This document shows positions 14,469 through 20,822 of a DNA stretch of 20,822 nucleotides, one piece after another. Below the pieces are notes generated by a model that was not told where the DNA came from, did not search any database, and worked only from the letters and a program-made list of their open reading frames with translations. Positions within the stretch are counted from its first letter, which is position 1; each line of letters starts with the position of its first letter. The position numbers and the translations under genes are program-made. Origin of the DNA: Candidatus Fraserbacteria bacterium (lineage in GTDB: Bacteria; Bipolaricaulota; Bipolaricaulia; RBG-16-55-9; JANLFV01); contig JBBIJD010000031.1 in NCBI GenBank assembly GCA_037446135.1, positions 1-20,822 on the forward strand. Direction: 5' to 3'.

Positions 14469-14978
14469 TCAGCTCCGCGGACGGGCCAAGCGGAGGATCG
14501 CCACCAGGCTGGCGAAGCTGGCCAAGGCCAAGAGGAGGGCCAGCCCGAAGCTCATCGAGAAGCGGATATTCAGGCCGAGGAGGGCCAGTCCGAGGCCACC
14601 CGCGGTCACGAGCCCCGTCGCTCGAAGGTGGCGGCGGACCACGCCTCCCTCGATCCTCCTGAAGCCGCGCACTCGGCGGGCGAAGAGGTCAAGGTCCCAG
14701 CCGAGGAGGATCACCGCGACCGCGGCCAGGACGAGCGGGGGGCTCAGCTCGAAGTAGAGCGCCCCGGCGGCCAAGCCGATCAGCCCGCCCAGTCCGAGGA
14801 TCGGGAGCCGATCCCATGAGCCTGAGAGGAAGCTACTCCCCAGCCAAAGGGCGAGGAACAAGAAGAGGAGCCCCTCCCCGCCGAAGCGGAGCCCGACCGG
14901 GGCGGCGAGGAAGGCCCCAGCTAAGAGCCCTCCACCGAGGAGGAGCGCCCCCCGTGCTAGCCAGGCTACCATGACCAT
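14469..14978 (-). CDS. Hypothetical integral membrane protein
   Basis: Highly hydrophobic multi-TM sequence; likely start ATG 14978 or 14972, overlapping the DUF58 stop. Confidence 0.7.
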   Translation of the reverse strand: MVMVAWLARGALLLGGGLLAGAFLAAPVGLRFGGEGLLFLFLALWLGSSFLSGSWDRLPILGLGGLIGLAAGALYFELSPPLVLAAVAVILLGWDLDLFARRVRGFRRIEGGVVRRHLRATGLVTAGGLGLALLGLNIRFSMSFGLALLLALASFASLVAILRLARPRS

Positions 14979-16261
14979 GAGGCATGCCCCCGCTTCAGCT
15001 GGGGCCGGGCCTTCTTCACGGCCACCTTGAGGGGCTGATCGACCGGCCAATCGATCACCTTCACTCCCGCCTCACGGAGCTGGGTGAGCATCAGCTCCCG
15101 CCGGAGCCGCTCGATCCGCCAGGCCAGCTCGACCGCCCGGTCCCGCCGGGGAAGGCGGGCCAGCTCGAAGGCGAGCGGGTCGGGCGAGAGGACGATCACC
15201 GCGTAGATCGCCCGAAGTTGCCGGAGGACCTCGATGTCCCCTTCCAGCAGCCGGCTGATCAGGACGAGTTGAGAGCCAGGGGGGAAGAGCCGCCTCGGGA
15301 TGTTCTCCAGCCCCGCGAAGGCCACGCTATCGCCCTTCTCCACCCGCGTGAGGGCCTCGAGGAGCCTCACGAGCTGGAACCGGCCATAGCCGGGGAAGGT
15401 CCAATCGAGATACCGGCCATAGCTCAGGAGCCCGACGCGGTTCCCTTCCTTGATGAAGTATCTGGCTAACGAGGCCGCAGCCTCCACAGAGTATTCGAAG
15501 AGCGACTCTCCCCCGACGAGCACATCGGCCCGGGCACGGGCGTCGAGGATGAGGCTCACATCGGCCACGCGCTCCTGCTCGAACTCCGTGGTGATCAGCC
15601 TGGTAAGCCGGGCGGTCGCATTCCAATCGATCCGCCGGAGCTCATCGCCCTGGGAATACTCCCGCGTCCCATAGAACTCGACTCCTGTCCCGCCGAGCCG
15701 GGCCTTGACGACCCCGGAATAGACCCGCGTCCGCCGTGGAGCGAGCGTGATGTCCCGGAGCTCCTCGAACCGCGGGACGAAAAAGAGCTCGCCCCGGCAG
15801 GGGAGTTCCAGCTCGAGGAGGTTGAGCCCGAGGCTATCGGCCACAGCCGCCTCGACTCCCTCGAAGATGAACCGCCCTCGCATCGCGGTCACGCGATACT
15901 CCAGCTCCACGCGTTCGCCCGGCAAGAGCGAGGTCACCAACCCCGTCTCGCCCTCCAAGACGGTGAGGCCCGGGGGGAGCCGGTCGCGGAGCCGGACCTC
16001 GCTCAGCCGGCGCGGCCCCTCATTCCGCACCTCGACGCGGACCATCGCCTCCTCACGGCCTGCGAGCTGGCGGTGCGAGAGCGTCCGCTTCGCGACCAAC
16101 TTGATCGGAGCGATGGAGGAGTTGGCCCAGAGCCCGGCGATGAAGTAAGCGAGGCTGGGAAGGATCAAGAGGAGGATCTCCCCGCGGCGGAGGAGGAGCC
16201 CGGCGGCGAGGAGGAGCAAGATGAGCGTGGCCCAGAGGGGGAAGGAGCGGAATTCCAGCAT
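14966..16261 (-). CDS. DUF58 (vWA-like) domain protein with N-terminal TM segments
   Basis: EFYGTREYSQGDELRRIDWNATAR, EFEQE, LILDAR, GNRVGL. ATG at 16261 overlaps the moxR TGA. Confidence 0.9.
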   Translation of the reverse strand: MLEFRSFPLWATLILLLLAAGLLLRRGEILLLILPSLAYFIAGLWANSSIAPIKLVAKRTLSHRQLAGREEAMVRVEVRNEGPRRLSEVRLRDRLPPGLTVLEGETGLVTSLLPGERVELEYRVTAMRGRFIFEGVEAAVADSLGLNLLELELPCRGELFFVPRFEELRDITLAPRRTRVYSGVVKARLGGTGVEFYGTREYSQGDELRRIDWNATARLTRLITTEFEQERVADVSLILDARARADVLVGGESLFEYSVEAAASLARYFIKEGNRVGLLSYGRYLDWTFPGYGRFQLVRLLEALTRVEKGDSVAFAGLENIPRRLFPPGSQLVLISRLLEGDIEVLRQLRAIYAVIVLSPDPLAFELARLPRRDRAVELAWRIERLRRELMLTQLREAGVKVIDWPVDQPLKVAVKKARPQLKRGHASWSW

Positions 16262-17211
16262 CAGTCGACCTTGGGGACAGGGACAGTCGCGAGGGCTCGC
16301 TCGATCACCTCTTCCGCCGCGAGCTCGCGCATCCACAGCTCCGGCTTCAAGATCAGCCGATGGACCAGCGCTGGCTCGGCCACGGCCTTGACATCGTCGG
16401 GGAGGACGAAGTCCCGCCCCTCGAGGGCCGCCTTCGCCCTAGAGAGCTTCATCAGGGCCAATGAGCCCCGAGGCGAGGCCCCCAGGTAGACCTGTGGGTC
16501 CTTTCTAGTCGCCTCCACCAACGAGACGATATAATCCTCGATATCGGGGTCGAGGTAAACCCCCTCCAGGGCGGCCCGCATCTCCAGGAGCTCCGCACCG
16601 TCGATGACCGGCTCGAGTCGGACCTCGTCCGTCCTTCTCGCCCGGCGTCGGCGGAGGATCTCGATCTCCTCCTCATGGCCGGGGTAGCCGATCTCCAGCC
16701 TCATGATAAACCGGTCGATCTGGGCCTCGGGGAGAGGGAAGGTCCCCTCATACTCGATCGGGTTCTCCGTGGCGATCACGATGAACGGCTCCGGGAGCCG
16801 GAGGGTCTCCCCCTCCAAGGTCACCTGATACTCCTGCATCGCCTCGAGGAGGGCCGCCTGGGTCTTCGGCGGGGCCCGGTTGATCTCATCGGCCAAGACG
16901 ATGTTGGCGAAGATCGGCCCGCGCTTCAGCTCGAATTCCCCGGTCTTCTGGTTGAAGATGTGCGTCCCGGTCACATCCCCTGGCAGGAGGTCTGGAGTGA
17001 ATTGGATCCGCTTGAACTCCAGCCCCAAGGCGGCGGCGAACGACTTGGCTGTGAGGGTCTTGGCCAGTCCGGGGTAGTCCTCGAAGAGGATGTGCCCGCC
17101 GGAGAGGATGCCCAGCATTACCATCTCCAGGACCGCTCGCTTCCCGATCACCGCCCGCTCGACCTCGGCGATGATCCTTGAGCACCGCTCGCTCACCTCA
17201 TTGAGCTCCAT
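16261..17211 (-). CDS. moxR: MoxR-family AAA+ ATPase
   Basis: EDYPGLAKT, RIQFTPDLLPGD, LADEINRAPPKTQAALLEAMQE, NPIEYEGTFPLPEAQIDRF, GASPRGS. Confidence 0.96.
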   Translation of the reverse strand: MELNEVSERCSRIIAEVERAVIGKRAVLEMVMLGILSGGHILFEDYPGLAKTLTAKSFAAALGLEFKRIQFTPDLLPGDVTGTHIFNQKTGEFELKRGPIFANIVLADEINRAPPKTQAALLEAMQEYQVTLEGETLRLPEPFIVIATENPIEYEGTFPLPEAQIDRFIMRLEIGYPGHEEEIEILRRRRARRTDEVRLEPVIDGAELLEMRAALEGVYLDPDIEDYIVSLVEATRKDPQVYLGASPRGSLALMKLSRAKAALEGRDFVLPDDVKAVAEPALVHRLILKPELWMRELAAEEVIERALATVPVPKVD

Positions 17212-17861
17212 CTCTCTCCTTCGATCGGCTCGGCCGGCCGACCCGCCAGTCGCTCGAGGTGATAGACCGCGGCGGCCAACTCCTCCTCAAAGCTGCTATC
17301 CCGTCGCCGAGGCCGTGGGCGGAGGAGGAAGGGATGACCCCGCTTCGGGCCCTGAAAGAACTCCTTCAGTCGTGGCTCGACCTCGGGGGGCCAGTCCTCG
17401 GCCTCGGCCCGGATGAGCCGGAGGGCCTCCTCTGGGGTGATCCCCCTCCGCCAGGCGAGGAGCGCCACGAGAAGATCGCGTAGTTCCCGCCGGAGGCGCC
17501 ACTTGAAGTATTCTCCATGACCGGCGAGAGCGATCCGCTCGGCCAGCTCCATGAGTGGCCCCGCTGGGGGCGGCGGCATGGGCCCCTTTTCTCGTCGGGC
17601 CCGCGCCTCGGCCAGCCGGAGGCCGTGGATGGAGTATAGTCCGAAGAGGACGAGGAGGAGCAAGAGGACCGCCCAGAGCCCGAACTGGGGGATGGCCCGC
17701 AGATAGAGTCCGATCACCTGGAAGAGGAAGAGGAGCGGCCGGATGAGCTGGTCGCGGACGAACTCCCCCGCCACGAGCGTCAGGGCCCCGGCGAGGAGCA
17801 GGATGGCCGCGCCGGCGAGGAGCAAGGCCCATCGCTTCCTAAGCCTAAGCCGCTCTCCCAT
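17193..17861 (-). CDS. Hypothetical membrane protein of the MoxR cluster
   Basis: N-terminal TM helices; ATG 17861 (MGERLRL) preceded by GGAGGAG; overlaps both neighbours. Confidence 0.7.
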   Translation of the reverse strand: MGERLRLRKRWALLLAGAAILLLAGALTLVAGEFVRDQLIRPLLFLFQVIGLYLRAIPQFGLWAVLLLLLVLFGLYSIHGLRLAEARARREKGPMPPPPAGPLMELAERIALAGHGEYFKWRLRRELRDLLVALLAWRRGITPEEALRLIRAEAEDWPPEVEPRLKEFFQGPKRGHPFLLRPRPRRRDSSFEEELAAAVYHLERLAGRPAEPIEGERWSSMR

Positions 17862-18738
17862 CTCCTCCTCCGTAGGCCGCCTCGATCGCTTCCAAGCAGG
17901 CGATCGCCTCGGCCACCTCCTTGGGGCCGCTCGTTCGCCCGCCATAGCGGACGAACTCGAAGAGCCTTGAGAGCCGGGTTACATGGTCATCTCGGACCCC
18001 GACCCAGCGGAGTCGCTCCTCGAATTCCCGCGCCGTCATCGCCTGAGTGAAGGGGACTTTCTCGCGCTCGCTCAGGAGCCGGCTCATCTCGCGGTAGCAG
18101 CGGAGGACGACATCCCGCAGGTCGGCCCCGGCCTCGAGCTCCCCGGCCGCGGCCCCAGCGAGGGCCGCCAGCTCCGTGAGCGGCCCTCCCCCGCGAGCGC
18201 GGAAGAGCCGCTTCAACCGCCAACCGATCAGAGCCAATACCCCTAGCCCGATGAGGAGGAAGGGGAAGACTGTCCAGCGGGGGGCCTGGACCTCGCCGAA
18301 CTGGAGCTCCTCCGCCCCGACCGGCCCGGTCGTGCCAGCCCCGCTCATGCTCGGGCCCTCCGCCGGCAGGGAGAGCCGCTCCAGAAGGCCCTTGAGCGCC
18401 CGGATGGAGAAGAAGAGGATGATCAAGAGGAGCGTCACGGTGATGACCCGAATGAGGACGAGCTTGAACTCTTCCGGCCAGATGAAGAGAGCAATGATGG
18501 AGAAGGGGAGGAGGGCCAAGACGATCCAAATGAAGAGCCGCCAGAGGAGCTCAAAATCGAGGGTCGGGGCCGGCCCGCTCTCCGGGACCCCACTCGGCTC
18601 TGGAGAGGGGAGGCGCTTAGCCCCTGCGAACTGGAGATGAGAGAGGCTCGGGGCAAGGAGCAAGACAACGACGAGCAATGCCCCCGCCAGGGCCAAAATG
18701 AGGAGCTTCCGCGCCCGCGCCTTCGTCTTGCGGACCAT
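17845..18738 (-). CDS. DUF4129-domain membrane protein
   Basis: TM segments followed by VLRCYREM..AMTAREF..LSRLFEFVRYG, the DUF4129 pattern. Confidence 0.82.
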   Translation of the reverse strand: MVRKTKARARKLLILALAGALLVVVLLLAPSLSHLQFAGAKRLPSPEPSGVPESGPAPTLDFELLWRLFIWIVLALLPFSIIALFIWPEEFKLVLIRVITVTLLLIILFFSIRALKGLLERLSLPAEGPSMSGAGTTGPVGAEELQFGEVQAPRWTVFPFLLIGLGVLALIGWRLKRLFRARGGGPLTELAALAGAAAGELEAGADLRDVVLRCYREMSRLLSEREKVPFTQAMTAREFEERLRWVGVRDDHVTRLSRLFEFVRYGGRTSGPKEVAEAIACLEAIEAAYGGGDGRAA

Positions 18739-18754
18739 CCCGTCTCATTATAGC

Positions 18755-20620
18755 TTAGGAGGAGCGTTCCTCGCGATCCACCGCTTCGCGGTCCACCTTG
18801 GCTTTGAAGGCCCCTCCGCCGCGGGCGGGCGAGGGCCTAGCTCCCTCCCGAGGGGCCTCGGCTTTGACCAAGGCGAGCCCCAGCTCCTTGAGCTGCTCCT
18901 CCCGCACCGGCGAGGGAGCGCCAGTGAGCGGGCAGTAGGCCGTGAGCGTCTTAGGGAAGGCGATGACTTCGCGGATCGACTCCGCTCCGGCCATCAGCAT
19001 GATCAGCCGGTCCAGGCCGAAGGCGATCCCTCCATGCGGCGGGGCCCCATATTCCAGGGCCCTCAGGAAGAACCCGAACTTCTCCTCCGCCTCGGCCTCG
19101 GAGAGCCCTAAGATCTTGAAGATCCGACTCTGGAGGTCCCGGCGATGGATCCGGATCGAGCCCCCGGCGATCTCCGAGCCGTTGAGGACCAGGTCGTAGG
19201 CATCGGCCCGGACCGCGAGGGGCTCCTTCTCCAACAGCTCGAGGTCCTCCGCCTTAGGCATGGTGAAGGGGTGATGAGTGCTCGTGATGGCCCCTCGCTC
19301 ATCGAGCTCGAAGAGCGGTGGATCGACGATCCAGAGCAACTTCCAGCCCGCCAGCGCGGAGGCGAGCTTCTCCCGCCTCGCCAGCTCCAAGCGGAGGCCA
19401 CCGAGGGCCTCCCTCGCCCGACGGGGCTCGTCGTCCGCCACCAGGAGGAGAAGGTCACCCGGGGCGGCCTCGAACCGCTCTTGGAGCCTTCTGACCAGCT
19501 CCGGGCTGAGGAACTTGGCGATCGCCGTCGCCGACTCCACGCCCTCCTGGCCGAACTTGAGCGAGATGAGCCCCTTCGCGCCAAAGCTCTTAGCGACCCG
19601 TTCCAGCTCATCCAGCTCGCGGCGGGAGTAACGGCCCAAGCCGGGGGCATTGAGCCCGACCACAAGCCCTCCGGAGGCGATCGTCTCCCGGAAGATCCGG
19701 AATTCAGAGTCCTTGAAGAGATCGGAGACCTCGCGGAGCTCCAGCCCGAAGCGCATATCCGGCTTGTCGCTCCCGAAGCGGGCGAGGGCCTCTTGGTAGC
19801 TCAATCGGGGGAAGGGCCGGGGAAGCTCTTGGTCCAAGACCTCCCGAAAGATGTGGCAGACCAGCTCCTCGACCAGGGCCAGGAGCTCCTCTTGGCTGAT
19901 GAAGGCCATCTCTAGGTCGAGCTGGGTGAACTCCGGCTGGCGGTCGGCCCGGAGGTCCTCGTCCCGGAAGCAGCGGGCGATCTGGAAATACTTATCAAAG
20001 CCGGCGATCATCAGGATCTGCTTGAAGAGCTGGGGCGACTGCGGCAGGGCGAAGAACCGCCCGGGGAAGGTCCGGCTCGGGACCAAGTAGTCCCTGGCTC
20101 CCTCGGGGGTGGACTTGGTGAGCATGGGGGTCTCGATCTCGATGAACCCCCGAGCATCGAGGAACTTCCGGATCTCCAGGATCACCTTATGGCGGAGGAT
20201 CAGGTTCTGTTGCATCCTCTGGCGGCGGAGGTCGAGATAGCGATATTCCAGTCTCGTCTCCTCACGGGCCTCCACCTCGTCCTGGATCTGGAAGGGGAGC
20301 GGCCGGGCCTTATTCAAGAGGCGGAGCTCGCGGACCTCCACTTCGATCTCCCCGGTCGGGAGGTTCGGATTGATGTTCTCCTCACTCCGGCGACGGATAA
20401 TGCCCCTGATTTGAATGACATCCTCGCGGTCGAGCGAGCGGGCGAGGCGATGCGCCTCTCCTTGATGGGGATTGAAGATCAATTGGATCAGCCCCGAGCG
20501 GTCCCGGAGGTCGATGAAGATGATCCCACCCAAGTCGCGCCGGCGGTGGACCCAGCCGAAGAGTTCGACCTCCTTCCCCTCATCATGGGCGGAGAGCTCG
20601 GCGCAATAGCCTGTCCTCAT
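18755..20620 (-). CDS. aspS: Aspartate-tRNA ligase
   Basis: GWVHRRRDLGGIIFIDLRDRSG, RYLDLRR, STPEGARDY, ALPQSPQLFKQ, CFRDEDLRADRQPEFTQLD, GAPPHGGIAFGLDR. ATG 20620 (MRTGYC) with SD AAGGAGG. Confidence 0.98.
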   Translation of the reverse strand: MRTGYCAELSAHDEGKEVELFGWVHRRRDLGGIIFIDLRDRSGLIQLIFNPHQGEAHRLARSLDREDVIQIRGIIRRRSEENINPNLPTGEIEVEVRELRLLNKARPLPFQIQDEVEAREETRLEYRYLDLRRQRMQQNLILRHKVILEIRKFLDARGFIEIETPMLTKSTPEGARDYLVPSRTFPGRFFALPQSPQLFKQILMIAGFDKYFQIARCFRDEDLRADRQPEFTQLDLEMAFISQEELLALVEELVCHIFREVLDQELPRPFPRLSYQEALARFGSDKPDMRFGLELREVSDLFKDSEFRIFRETIASGGLVVGLNAPGLGRYSRRELDELERVAKSFGAKGLISLKFGQEGVESATAIAKFLSPELVRRLQERFEAAPGDLLLLVADDEPRRAREALGGLRLELARREKLASALAGWKLLWIVDPPLFELDERGAITSTHHPFTMPKAEDLELLEKEPLAVRADAYDLVLNGSEIAGGSIRIHRRDLQSRIFKILGLSEAEAEEKFGFFLRALEYGAPPHGGIAFGLDRLIMLMAGAESIREVIAFPKTLTAYCPLTGAPSPVREEQLKELGLALVKAEAPREGARPSPARGGGAFKAKVDREAVDREERSS

Positions 20621-20648
20621 TGTCCCTCCTTCAGCCAGCAGCTTGCCC

Positions 20649-20677
20649 AAGATAACAGCTCAACAACGGCTTTGCAA
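20649..20677 (-). promoter_or_regulatory. sigma70 promoter for aspS
   Basis: Minus strand TTGCAA (20677-20672), 17 nt, TATCTT (20654-20649), with extended -10 TG. Confidence 0.65.
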
Positions 20678-20725
20678 CCGGTCTGCTCTGCCGGGCAGCT
20701 CAGCCCACTTGAGGCCGATCGGTCT

Positions 20726-20822
20726 CTATCTCCGGAAGGCCATCGCGAGGAAGTAGCCGACGGCTATGGCCGGGAGGGTGAGCCAGAAGAGGCCGAGCTC
20801 GAGCCCTTGCTTCTCGACCTCC
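20726..20822 (-). CDS. 3' end of a probable membrane protein (truncated by window edge)
   Basis: Minus frame reads EVEKQGLELGLFWLTLPAIAVGYFLAMAFRR*, with TAG at 20728-20726. Confidence 0.55.
   Translation of the reverse strand, partial: EVEKQGLELGLFWLTLPAIAVGYFLAMAFRR

Noticed and set aside
20621..20725. T-box leader upstream of aspS
   Set aside because: The region is too short, lacks a T-box consensus and terminator, and a promoter sits only about 30 nt from the start codon.
1..20822. CRISPR array, tRNA or rRNA genes
   Set aside because: No regularly spaced repeats or cloverleaf/rRNA signatures were seen; the window is almost entirely protein coding.

Overview
GC-rich bacterial window; the gene set and style suggest a lineage such as Ca. 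Bipolaricaulota/Acetothermia, but this is only a guess. From left to right it holds: the 3' part of an MDR-family (quinone oxidoreductase / Zn-ADH-like) gene; a fused Type IIG (Eco57I/TaqI-like) restriction-modification locus; a PfpI/DJ-1 gene; a membrane protein and a multidomain phospholipase-D-family lipoprotein; a thiamine salvage block (thiN, TPP riboswitch, thiBPQ); a PduS/RnfC-like protein lacking its Fe-S domain, converging on a stand-alone ferredoxin; a DUF4129/MoxR/DUF58 operon; and aspS. The main finding is the RM locus. Its coding sequence appears to be split in two (606-4256 and 4722-5363), with an antitoxin-RelE pair in the break. All four ORFs are chained by ATGA stop/start overlaps, the two RM halves are in the same frame, and GC drops sharply at the left junction. 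This is a candidate RM plus nested toxin-antitoxin defence module. Family assignments come from motif recognition by eye; no searches were run.
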